This document shows, piece by piece, positions 29,073 through 37,537 of a DNA stretch of 64,000 bases. Positions within the stretch are counted from its first letter, which is position 1. Each line of letters starts with the position of its first letter. The notes beneath the pieces were generated by a model that did not search any database, had not been told where the DNA came from, and saw nothing but the letters and a program-made list of their open reading frames with translations. The DNA is from Candidatus Uhrbacteria bacterium (GTDB lineage Bacteria; Patescibacteriota; Patescibacteriia; SG8-24), in assembly GCA_016929435.1 (NCBI GenBank), contig JAFGIV010000006.1:8071-72070 (forward strand), given 5' to 3'. Position numbers and translations under genes: made by a program.

Positions 29073-29396
29073 ATGAACGGTATTTATAGGACAATTTGTC
29101 GCTGGTTCTTGCCGCCGATGGACAGGGTGGAGATGCGACGCCATTACGGCCTGCCGGAGACACTCAACCTTTCCTTCCGAATCACGCCGGACGGGTGGTT
29201 TGCTGTCAGCTCGCCGGACTTGCCGGGGTTCGTGACCCAGGCGCGAAGCCGCAAGGAATTGCTGACGGCTCTCAACGATGCCGTGCTGACTTATTTTGAT
29301 GTTCCCCGGCATTGCGGCGAGGTGGTGTATGACCAACTGAACATCGGTGGCGAGGTCGTCACCTTCGAGGGTGCGCTTAAGGTCAGCCACGCCTGA
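29073..29396 (+). CDS. HicB-like antitoxin
   Basis: GWFAVSSPDLPGFVTQARS..EL...L.DA; promoter TTGACT...TATTAT upstream. Confidence 0.75.
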   Translation: MNGIYRTICRWFLPPMDRVEMRRHYGLPETLNLSFRITPDGWFAVSSPDLPGFVTQARSRKELLTALNDAVLTYFDVPRHCGEVVYDQLNIGGEVVTFEGALKVSHA

Positions 29397-29408
29397 CTTG
29401 CGCCAACA

Positions 29409-29657
29409 ATGGGGACGTGGAACTTCACGACCAAGCAATGCGTCCACGCCCTTCGGCGACTCGGTTTCTTTCTCTGCAACAAGGGGCGGCGGGGCGACCA
29501 CGACAAGTATTGCGTGCCGGAGCACCTGAAACGCCAAGGCTTCGCTTTCATCATGGTGCCACGCCACAATGACCTGCATTGCCAAGAGGAAATCGTGAAG
29601 GAATTGCACGCCCTCGGCGGCGACGACCTGATCCAGAAATTCAAGGAAAATCTATAG
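29409..29657 (+). CDS. HicA-like toxin (mRNA interferase)
   Basis: LRRLGF...GDH...VPRH..L pattern, adjacent to the HicB-like gene. Confidence 0.72.
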   Translation: MGTWNFTTKQCVHALRRLGFFLCNKGRRGDHDKYCVPEHLKRQGFAFIMVPRHNDLHCQEEIVKELHALGGDDLIQKFKENL

Positions 29658-29745
29658 AAAACAGAAACCGCTCCCTGTTGGCGGTTTTGGTTATATGGCG
29701 GAATGGGTAACAGCTTGACGTGAGACCGTGATTAGCAAGATACCG

Positions 29746-29794
29746 TGCCCATAAAGTCTCCTGTGCCTGCCCTTCGGGGGGTGTAGGGGTGGGC
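29746..29794 (+). ncRNA. Orphan copy of the NYN-leader hairpin motif
   Basis: 29750-29780 matches 33887-33917 at 30/31 nt; TTGACG lies 35 nt upstream. Confidence 0.5.
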
Positions 29795-29995
29795 AAAACC
29801 GGAGTTCCAGTCGTTGGTTATCAGCCGCACCGCCTGAAACCGTTGCCGGACCATCCGGACCGTACCGCCACCTGAGCCGTTGTCCACGACGATCACCTCG
29901 AAACGGACACCGTGGTCCAGCGCAAAGAGTCGCTTTAGGTTGTCATGCGGCAGCTCCCGAACCTTCTATGTGACGATGATGACGCTGACGTCGAT
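29791..29995 (-). pseudogene. 5' fragment of a GT2 gene paralogous to 27144-28043
   Basis: IDVSVIIVT*KVRELPHDNLKRLFALDHGVRFEVIVVDNGSGGGTVRMVRQRFQAVRLITNDWNSGFA; W replaced by TAG, no in-frame start, truncated. Confidence 0.85.
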
Positions 29996-30061
29996 TTTGG
30001 TAGTTTTGGTTTTCGTCTGGTTCGGTAAAGATATGCTTAATCATGGCCAGAAAAGGGGAAT

Positions 30062-30841
30062 TTAGTCCAGCTTGGCCTGGGTGATGAAGGTTGGGAACAG
30101 TTTCACCTTTTGGGCATCTTGGGCATTGAACAGGAATGGCTGGACATCTCGGGCCAGCCCATCGAAATCAAGGTCCTTGATTATTTCTCCGATCTTCAAC
30201 CGAAGGGATTTCGAATCGCTGACGCCTATCTTCAAATTGAGATAGGGATAGTTCGGCTTAGCGAAGGAGAGCAGAAAGACGATATCGAAAAAATCACGCC
30301 CCTTGGCCCTTGGTCGGTTGGCGATCGCCCATATTTTCCGGGATAGGAGGATATCCGTCGGCGTTACGAAAATCTTCGAGAAAACGTCGAAGCGGTTCAA
30401 TATCCTGCTTTCGGGTCGGTACTCGAAACCGTGGGTCAGACTGTCGATTTGGATGAGTATCTTTTCCCCCTCATGCGGGGACAGGTCGTTGGCGAACAGG
30501 ACATTCGGCAGACGAATCCGACAGCGGTAGGCCTCCTTTCCGGCCAGACTGATTTCCACCGCCATGCCCTGGGCCTCCAGACCAAGGCGGACCTTTTGCG
30601 CCAAGGCCCCGAATTCGTCCTCGTTCAGTCCGAAGTTGTCGAAATCCAGGTCCTCGGAGAATCGGGTGTTGTCGTGTACGATCCGCAGGGCCGTCCCGCC
30701 CAGGAAGGAAAGTTTCGGGGCAAATTCCGAGGCGAAGATGATCTCCAGAATCTTGAACTGCAGGTATTCCCGGAGCAGGTTTTTCTTGTATGGCCTAAGC
30801 GGTGCCGGGTATTGCTGCTCGATCTGTTGGAGGGTAAGCAT
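30062..30841 (-). CDS. AbiEii/AbiGii nucleotidyltransferase toxin (type IV TA)
   Basis: FLGGTALR...RFSEDLDF, K..A..R.KGRDFFD. Confidence 0.92.
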   Translation of the reverse strand: MLTLQQIEQQYPAPLRPYKKNLLREYLQFKILEIIFASEFAPKLSFLGGTALRIVHDNTRFSEDLDFDNFGLNEDEFGALAQKVRLGLEAQGMAVEISLAGKEAYRCRIRLPNVLFANDLSPHEGEKILIQIDSLTHGFEYRPESRILNRFDVFSKIFVTPTDILLSRKIWAIANRPRAKGRDFFDIVFLLSFAKPNYPYLNLKIGVSDSKSLRLKIGEIIKDLDFDGLARDVQPFLFNAQDAQKVKLFPTFITQAKLD

Positions 30842-30843
30842 AT

Positions 30844-31461
30844 CTATTGGGTTTTGATCATCTTAAGCAATTTCTCCAGCCGGTTCATCAGCCGCCGATT
30901 TCCGAATTCCGTGGCGTATCGGCGCAACTTGTCCTCATCCATATTGGCGGTGAATTCCCTTCCGTTGAACCGCCATTCGTGGTAATCGGCATCATCGGTG
31001 ATTTTCGGGTTCAGGTACAGGTAGTCAAGGACGGCCTTCTCCATCTCGGCGATCTTGTAGCCCTGCCCGTTCAGCTTGTCGATCCGATAGCCGAAGTGCA
31101 GTGAGGTTTTGAGGTGACGGTAGGTGAAGTGGGCCAAGGGCGTCTGAAAGGAGACGGTTTTCCTGACGGAGACCGAGGTAATCGAATAGACCCCTTCCGG
31201 TATCAGTCCATAGTGCGAAAGGGCCGACTCCAGGGAGACATAGGAAGGGGAGTAAAGGCGGTTGGCGATCAGAAAAAGGGTTTCCTCGTCGATATTTTGA
31301 TCAGAAAAGGAGTAGTAACCGCGGCGTATCTTCTTGATGTAACCCTTTTTTTGCCATTCAACGAGTCTTGGGCTATAAAATTTTGGCTCAACCTTGCGGA
31401 TATCGTTTAGGGAAAAGATCAGAAAACCTTTCAGTTGCTCCCTAAGTTCTGCTATCTTCAT
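30844..31461 (-). CDS. AbiEi-like antitoxin/transcriptional regulator
   Basis: IRRGYY, PSYVSLESALSHYGLIPE, EKAVLDYLY. Confidence 0.9.
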   Translation of the reverse strand: MKIAELREQLKGFLIFSLNDIRKVEPKFYSPRLVEWQKKGYIKKIRRGYYSFSDQNIDEETLFLIANRLYSPSYVSLESALSHYGLIPEGVYSITSVSVRKTVSFQTPLAHFTYRHLKTSLHFGYRIDKLNGQGYKIAEMEKAVLDYLYLNPKITDDADYHEWRFNGREFTANMDEDKLRRYATEFGNRRLMNRLEKLLKMIKTQ

Positions 31462-31464
31462 ATT

Positions 31465-31514
31465 TATTATAATTCCGAACAATACTAATATTAGTATTCT
31501 TTGGAATTATAATA
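31465..31514. promoter_or_regulatory. 50-bp palindromic operator upstream of abiEi
   Basis: TATTATAATTCCgaacAATACTAAT|ATTAGTATTctttGGAATTATAATA. AbiE antitoxins are known to autorepress through inverted repeats. Confidence 0.75.
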
Positions 31515-31588
31515 TCATAATTTTGGAGGTAATACAAGGGAAATGATCAAAATATTGTGCAGGAATTTTTTAAAACCGCCGTCTTGCC

Positions 31589-31855
31589 TTACCGCCTCCT
31601 GCGGGCGGCGCCGTAGAATCCGAGGTCGATCGTGACGGCCACGGCCATGTCGATGACGGCCCAGGTTGACCAGGATCCATGGAGCCAGTTGGTGACCACG
31701 GAGTACCAGAGCACGGCCCGCGGCAGGAATACGAACCCCAAGATCGGCCACAGCCGACCGTCGAATACGCCGTCGAACCACTCGGTGAGGAAATAGGCGT
31801 AAAGGGAGAATATCCGGGGCAGGCACAACCCGAACAGGAATCCAAAATACGGCAT
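31589..31855 (-). CDS. Small integral membrane protein
   Basis: 88 aa with three hydrophobic segments; PR...WP.LGF.FLP motif. Confidence 0.75.
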   Translation of the reverse strand: MPYFGFLFGLCLPRIFSLYAYFLTEWFDGVFDGRLWPILGFVFLPRAVLWYSVVTNWLHGSWSTWAVIDMAVAVTIDLGFYGAARRRR

Positions 31856-32029
31856 GGTTTTTGGGGTTAAATCTGCGACTTATCCAATATGATTATACAC
31901 CAACGGCTCTCGCGTGACAGGATGGGATAGGGCAAAGCACCGCCCGGAGGGGGGGGTGGTGATTGTTTGCCATGATCGAGATATTTTTTGCGATTATTGG
32001 TATGATATTGGCAATCAGCCCAATGAATT

Positions 32030-32797
32030 ATGCAACTGTCATTCGATATCTCCCTTGCCGAACAATACAAGAGCCGATCCCAGGCCATTCGGGTCATGAC
32101 CGAATCGTGGGTTAGGAATACGATTTTTTGTCCCGGTTGCGGTCAGGATATCAGTGAATATCCCAACAACAACCCGGTCGGGGATTTTTTCTGTTCTCGG
32201 TGTTCTGAGGATTACGAGCTGAAGAGTAAATCCGGTAAGTTTACGGGCAAGGTCGTCGATGGGGCCTACCGGACGATGATCCAGAGGTTGGAGAGCGACG
32301 ACAACCCCAATTTTTTTCTCCTTAACTACAATCCGGACGTCAATGAGGTTACCGATCTGGCGGTCATTCCCAGGCATTTCTTTACCCCGAAGATCATCGA
32401 GAGGCGCAAGCCGTTGTCGGTCGGTGCCGATAGGGCCAACTGGGTCGGCTGCAATATCCTGATTCGAGATATCCCGAACAGCGGGAAGATATTCTATGTT
32501 CGGGGCGGACAGGTCAATACCAGGAAGAAGGTCATGGATGACTGGCAACGAACCTTGTTCCTGCGCGAAACGGGTAAGCCTGACCTGCGGGGATGGACTT
32601 TGGACGTCATGAAATGCATCGACGACATCGGCAAATCGGTATTTTCGTTGGATGATGTTTACGCTTTTGAGCCGGTTCTGTCCAAGAGACACGTCAATAA
32701 CCGCCACATTAGGGATAAGATTCGCCAGCAGCTGCAGGTCTTGAGGGATGGGGGATATCTGGAGTTCGTTGGGAGGGGAACCTACCGTCTTATATGA
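32030..32797 (+). CDS. DpnI-like (Dam-replacing family) restriction endonuclease
   Basis: YKS.SQ.IRV.TE.W, CP.CG, NN.PV.DF.C..C.E.YELKSK, DGAY.TM, GCNI; winged-helix tail KIRQQLQ.LRD.G. Confidence 0.9.
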   Translation: MQLSFDISLAEQYKSRSQAIRVMTESWVRNTIFCPGCGQDISEYPNNNPVGDFFCSRCSEDYELKSKSGKFTGKVVDGAYRTMIQRLESDDNPNFFLLNYNPDVNEVTDLAVIPRHFFTPKIIERRKPLSVGADRANWVGCNILIRDIPNSGKIFYVRGGQVNTRKKVMDDWQRTLFLRETGKPDLRGWTLDVMKCIDDIGKSVFSLDDVYAFEPVLSKRHVNNRHIRDKIRQQLQVLRDGGYLEFVGRGTYRLI

Positions 32798-32973
32798 AAC
32801 TACGGAAATTCATGGGTGAATTGTCCAAAATCGCCGCCAAACACGGCGACGACTTGGAGGTTACGATGGCCGATTTCAAGCCGGTGGTGACGCCGTGTGT
32901 GGTCTACGATTCTAGTGGTACAACGGTGATTGTTACGGATATGGAGGATGACGAAAGTGAAGTTCCCAACTGA
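32794..32973 (+). CDS. Hypothetical 59-aa protein coupled to the DpnI-like gene
   Basis: ATGA overlap with the DpnI-like stop; MKLRKFMGELSKIAAKHGDDLEVTMADFKPVVTP...; terminator hairpin follows. Confidence 0.65.
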   Translation: MKLRKFMGELSKIAAKHGDDLEVTMADFKPVVTPCVVYDSSGTTVIVTDMEDDESEVPN

Positions 32974-33078
32974 GGACAACCTTTATTTTTTCTGGAAAAC
33001 CCCGCCCCCTCGGCGGGGGTTTTGGTATAATTAACGCATATCCAAAAATCCAAATAATCCATTGCCAACCCCATCCCC

Positions 33079-33558
33079 ATGCAACCCGACTTTTCCCGCC
33101 AGCTGATCAAGGGCAAGATCGCCGAGGTGGTCTTCGAGCAGATGTTTCGCGACACCGGGCGGTTTACGGTAATTCCGTTCGGGTATGAGACGGTCATGCC
33201 GGAACTCATGCAGTACGCCATGGGCGAGGCCTATCGGGACCTGGTGGACAACATCCGGAACGCCCCGGACTTCGCCATCGTCTCCCATAACCCGGACGAG
33301 GTCTTTCTGGTGGAGGTGAAATACCGGCCGAAGATGAACGCCGAGGACGTCAGGAAGTACGCCAAGGTCATCTACGAGCGCTGGAAGCTGGCCTGGCTGT
33401 TCTACGCCACCCCGGAAGGCTTCTTTTTGGGCAAGTGCACGGACCTCCTTGGGGACGATTCGCGGATCAGGCCCCTGGACGAGCGGTTCGTCAGCCGGGA
33501 CATCCAGGACAGGCATTTGCTGCTGCTTCGGGAGTTTTTGGGAAATAGGGGAGGGTAA
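33079..33558 (+). CDS. PD-(D/E)XK nuclease-fold protein
   Basis: KGKIAE...PDF...LVEVKYR. Confidence 0.7.
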   Translation: MQPDFSRQLIKGKIAEVVFEQMFRDTGRFTVIPFGYETVMPELMQYAMGEAYRDLVDNIRNAPDFAIVSHNPDEVFLVEVKYRPKMNAEDVRKYAKVIYERWKLAWLFYATPEGFFLGKCTDLLGDDSRIRPLDERFVSRDIQDRHLLLLREFLGNRGG

Positions 33559-33608
33559 GGGGGTCAATCGCACCGTGTCGGTTGCGCCACCGGTCCTTTG
33601 GCACGCAT

Positions 33609-33665
33609 AAAACCGCCAGCTTGCGCTGACGGTTTTGTGGTGGGCGGCAGAGGAGTCGAACCTCT
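33609..33665 (-). repeat. 57-bp direct repeat of the tRNA-Val 3' part plus terminator (att-like)
   Basis: 56/57 identical to 34702-34758. Confidence 0.92.
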
Positions 33666-33852
33666 ATCAGCCAAAATCAGGGGGAGGCTAAAGCAAGTCA
33701 AAAAACCAAGAAAAGAGTCTCTACACAAACAAGATACCGATTATCACAAGTCGCCGTTGGCCAGCGTCAACCGCCGCAACCCGTCACTTCGTGGGCAACC
33801 CGTGGGCAACACTTCGGGGGAGGTGGTGGGGTGTGGTTGGGGATAAAGCCTA

Positions 33853-33881
33853 TTGACATTCTGGGAATAGGTTGCTATTGT
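33853..33881 (+). promoter_or_regulatory. Sigma70 promoter of the hairpin-RNA/NYN unit
   Basis: TTGACA-17-TATTGT with an extended TG. Confidence 0.7.
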
Positions 33882-33886
33882 AGAGG

Positions 33887-33939
33887 CATAAAGTCTCCTG
33901 CGCCTGCCCTTCGGGGGAGTGTGCAGGACTTTTATTTTT
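33887..33939 (+). ncRNA. Candidate small hairpin RNA/attenuator in front of the NYN gene
   Basis: ATAAAG..TCCTGCGC pairs with GTGCAGGA-CTTTTAT around CCC-TTCG-GGG, followed by a U-tract; second copy at 29750. Confidence 0.6.
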
Positions 33940-33967
33940 ATTGTTAAAAGGATAAAGTGCGTTTATT

Positions 33968-34633
33968 ATGCGCATCCAAATTTTTATAGACGGCGGCAAC
34001 TTCCACCACTTGGCCCTGAAGCCCCTTGGTCTTCAGGAGGCAGATTTCGATTTCGACGGGTTTGCCTCCTTCTTGGCTGATGGGCGTCAGATTACCGAGA
34101 TAGGCAAGCGGTACTATATCGGCACGGTCCGAGAAAGGGAGGGAGACGAAAGGAGTAGGGTGGCCATGGCCAAGCAGACAAGACTTTTCAACGGGTTAAA
34201 AGGGACCGGTTGGGCCATAAAGACCAGCAAGCTGCGCACACGAACCGAGAGGGTTCGGATTGATGCGAGGGTTGTTGATTGCGAAAGCCTTTTGACCTTG
34301 GGGATTACCGAAGTCGTATATAATACGTTTCGAGAAAAGGGCATAGATGTCAAAATCGCCACGGACATGGCGGCGGCGGCAGTTGATGACCGTTGTGAGG
34401 TTCTAATCGTCGTCAGTTCCGACACCGATCTGGTGCCGATGATTGATTGGGTAAGGAACCGTTACTCCAAGAAAGTCGAATATATCGGTTTCTCAATACT
34501 CGCCTCATCGGGTGACGCCATGGTCAAGCCAACCCAGCAACTGATCGCACGGACTGATCGGCAGAGGGTCCTGGTGGAGAGTGACATCAGGAAATTTGTC
34601 AGGACGGAAAAGCAGGTCGCCTTGATCGATTAG
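33968..34633 (+). CDS. NYN domain (LabA/DUF88, PIN-like) ribonuclease
   Basis: IFIDGGN, REKGIDVKIATD, VSSDTDLVP, KKVEYIGF; all acidic catalytic positions appear present. Confidence 0.92.
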   Translation: MRIQIFIDGGNFHHLALKPLGLQEADFDFDGFASFLADGRQITEIGKRYYIGTVREREGDERSRVAMAKQTRLFNGLKGTGWAIKTSKLRTRTERVRIDARVVDCESLLTLGITEVVYNTFREKGIDVKIATDMAAAAVDDRCEVLIVVSSDTDLVPMIDWVRNRYSKKVEYIGFSILASSGDAMVKPTQQLIARTDRQRVLVESDIRKFVRTEKQVALID

Positions 34634-34730
34634 AATAAGCTGGACGATGATACGGGGCCGCTCATCGAGAGCGGCTTTTTCTATTTTGATTGAGGCAACA
34701 AAAAACCGCCAGCTTGTGCTGACGGTTTTG

Positions 34731-34807
34731 TGGTGGGCGGCAGAGGAGTCGAACCTCTGACCTCAACAATGTCAATGTTGCGCTCTAACCAACTGAGCTA
34801 GCCGCCC
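34731..34807 (-). tRNA. tRNA-Val(GAC)
   Basis: GGGCGGC acceptor, CAACA-TTGACAT-TGTTG anticodon arm, GGTTCGACTCC, CCA. Confidence 0.97.
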
Positions 34808-34887
34808 CTATCGACAAAATCCATAATAAATTATCCTCCGCAAACAATCAAGCCCCCGGTTCGGGGGGGCTTGATTCGGGTTGGGGA

Positions 34888-37458
34888 TCAGGACCTGTTC
34901 TCGTCTTCCGTCCCGCCATCTTCCCCTTCCGGAAGGCCCTTCCCGCTTTCCTTTCCGTCCGGCGGTTGGGGCGGGCCGCTGACGGGGATCTGGAAGTAGA
35001 AGGTGCTGCCCTTGCCCTCCTCGGACTCGAACCAGACCCTGCCCCCGTGCATCTCCACGAACCGCTTGGCGATGTTCAGGCCGAGCCCGGAACCCTCCAC
35101 CTCGCTGGCCTTGGCGTTGGAGGCCCGGAAGAACATGCCGAATATCTTGTCCTGGTCGCCTTTCGGTATGCCCATTCCGTTGTCCTGGACCCTGACCAGG
35201 ACCGAACGCCCGGCATCGGCCAGGCTGACCCTGACCGACACCTGGCCGTTGTTCCTGCTGTATTTGACGGCATTGGTCAGGTAGTTGTCCAGGACATGCC
35301 GGAGCAGCTTGTCGTCCCCGACCACCTCCAGGAACCCCACCTCGCCGGTTTCGCAGGTCAGGTTGATTCCGCGGTTGGAGGCTATCGGCATGATGGAGGT
35401 ACAGGACTGTTGGGCCAGTTCCCCGAACGGCACCTGCTTCAGGCCTATCTCGATCTTACCGCGCTCCAGGCGGGATATCCTCATCAGGTCATTGACCAGG
35501 TTGCGCATCCTGTCCGAGGCTTCCGTCAGCATGGCGGTCAGGTCCTTCTGCTGCTGGGTCATCTTCCCATCGTCGGTCTCTATCGATTCCAGGGCCCAAC
35601 GGAAGGCGCTGAGCGGCGTCTTGAGCTCGTGGACCGTGAAGGCGATGAAATCGCGCTGTTCCTGGACCTTCCGGTTCAGCTGGTCGGACCTGGTCTCGAT
35701 GGCTTTTGCCATCCGGTTGAAGGTGTCGGAAAGCTTCCCGATCTCATCCGGGTATTTGACTGCGATCGGATCCGGCTCCATTCCGGCTTCCAGCCGTTCG
35801 GCCTCCAGCTGCAGGGGGCGGAGCGGCCGGAGCGGCACCTCCACCGCCCTGAACAGGAAATAGGTCAGGATGACCAGGAAGGAGAAGGTCCATACGTTGA
35901 TGACGGAAACGATTCGCAGGGTTTCCCGGTCGTAGTCGGCCTGGGTGATGATGACGAACAGGGATCCGGGATCGTTGGCCGTCGGGACGTTCATGTACAG
36001 GTGGCCGTTATGGTCTTCCGTGGGGGTCAGGTGCCATTGCCCCCTTCGGACCATTCCGTAGAGCCGTTCGGCCATCCCCTCCGTGTTGTTGCTGTGGTGG
36101 CGGTCCAGGATGATCCGTCCGGTGCGGATGTTGAACCACCCGCAGCCGCTGATCGGCATTTCCCCGCCGTACCTGCAGGCGCTGACGATGTCAACGGTCA
36201 GCGGTTCCGTGACCGCCAGGATCCCGACCGCCTGCCCCCGTTCGTCCCTGATTTGGGCGGCCACGGTCATCACCAGGTCGATCGGTCCGGTGGCGTTTCG
36301 GTCGAGGCTGATGTCAATGTCGGATTGGTCGGTCAGGACCTCGGCGAAGAACGACTGGCCGGGTTGCGGGTAGGGGATACCGTCCGTCGATGTCTCCCGG
36401 AAGACCGGGTTGCCGGCCGCATCGAATACGGACACCCGGCGGGAATCTTCCGTTTCCGCTGTGGGGTGGGGGATGCCGTTCCGGTAATCGGTGAGGATTC
36501 CGGCATATTGGCCGCTTTCGGCACGCTGTTCCGCCGCGGCCTTCAGGTTGGCGTATTGGATGTCCATGGACTGGTCCGCGATTCCCAGGGAATGGGAGAT
36601 GTGCATCTGGTGTTCGGACTGGAGGATCTGTCCGACCATGCGGTCGGCCACCAGGAACATGAGCAGGAAAGCGGATACGCAGAAGAAAATTCCGGTCATG
36701 GAGAGGAGCCGGTATACGATCCGTCCCCTCACCAGGGTCATCGGTTTTTCCCGAACCGTCCTGTCGGGATGGCGTTTCGAGACCATTCCCAGGTAGCGGG
36801 TAAACACCGAGGCCAGAAGGATGAGGTATACGAGCGGGATCCCGGACTCGAAGTTGGTGACCAGTAAGGTGCCGATGGTCATGGCCATGAGGATGGTCAG
36901 GATTCCGCCGACGAAAAGGTAAAGGTCCCCGCCGTTCGGCGTCCCGTTTCGGCGACCCCTGAACCAGGCCACTCCGGCCAGGACCGTGGCAATCAGGTGT
37001 ATCGCCATCCAGGTTCCGTAGTTGGCCAGGTAGTTGACGACGTTGTCCACCGGGACGTTTACCCCGAACACCTGGCGGGAGATGTCCCATCCCCAGGTCA
37101 TGGCCGCCAGTATGCCCATTACGATGGCCGCCGGCACGAAAACGTTCTGCTGGCGGCGGGTCATGAACAGCTGGCTGGTGATGTAGGCCACCAGGATCGT
37201 GCTGGTCAGGTTGATTTTCGGGGGGAGTCCGGCGATCTGCATCCCCAGGGTGGTGAACCCCTGGGCCTGGAGAAGCTGGGCGGCGACATCCGTCAGGTTG
37301 CTGACGGCCAGGATCAGGTAGAGGATTCCGACCGCCAGCAGGTACCGTTCTTTTGTCCGCTTCTTGAATTCCTGGAAGGCAGCGATGCCAAGGCCTATTT
37401 CCAGGACGGCGATCGTCAGCATGATGAAGGCCGTGGAGAATTGGAGAAGGAATCTCAT
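34888..37458 (-). CDS. Multi-TM, Cache/HAMP sensor histidine kinase
   Basis: About 7 N-terminal TMs, HAMP DEIG.L..TFNRM, HELKTPL, NAVKYS, GSGLGL. Confidence 0.93.
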   Translation of the reverse strand: MRFLLQFSTAFIMLTIAVLEIGLGIAAFQEFKKRTKERYLLAVGILYLILAVSNLTDVAAQLLQAQGFTTLGMQIAGLPPKINLTSTILVAYITSQLFMTRRQQNVFVPAAIVMGILAAMTWGWDISRQVFGVNVPVDNVVNYLANYGTWMAIHLIATVLAGVAWFRGRRNGTPNGGDLYLFVGGILTILMAMTIGTLLVTNFESGIPLVYLILLASVFTRYLGMVSKRHPDRTVREKPMTLVRGRIVYRLLSMTGIFFCVSAFLLMFLVADRMVGQILQSEHQMHISHSLGIADQSMDIQYANLKAAAEQRAESGQYAGILTDYRNGIPHPTAETEDSRRVSVFDAAGNPVFRETSTDGIPYPQPGQSFFAEVLTDQSDIDISLDRNATGPIDLVMTVAAQIRDERGQAVGILAVTEPLTVDIVSACRYGGEMPISGCGWFNIRTGRIILDRHHSNNTEGMAERLYGMVRRGQWHLTPTEDHNGHLYMNVPTANDPGSLFVIITQADYDRETLRIVSVINVWTFSFLVILTYFLFRAVEVPLRPLRPLQLEAERLEAGMEPDPIAVKYPDEIGKLSDTFNRMAKAIETRSDQLNRKVQEQRDFIAFTVHELKTPLSAFRWALESIETDDGKMTQQQKDLTAMLTEASDRMRNLVNDLMRISRLERGKIEIGLKQVPFGELAQQSCTSIMPIASNRGINLTCETGEVGFLEVVGDDKLLRHVLDNYLTNAVKYSRNNGQVSVRVSLADAGRSVLVRVQDNGMGIPKGDQDKIFGMFFRASNAKASEVEGSGLGLNIAKRFVEMHGGRVWFESEEGKGSTFYFQIPVSGPPQPPDGKESGKGLPEGEDGGTEDENRS

Positions 37459-37537
37459 AATTTTCTGTGTTTACCCCATAATTATACCACAAAACCGCCT
37501 CCCCTACATTTCGGGAGGCGGCTTTTTCGTCGTGCGG

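Noticed and set aside
29665-29703. Terminator followed by TGGCGGAA as a third tRNA-derived att site
   Set aside because: Only about 8 nt resemble a tRNA 3' end and no matching tRNA is in the window.
33792-33812. Tandem CGTGGGCAAC x2 upstream of the NYN promoter
   Set aside because: Only two 10-mers; too short to call an array or iterons.
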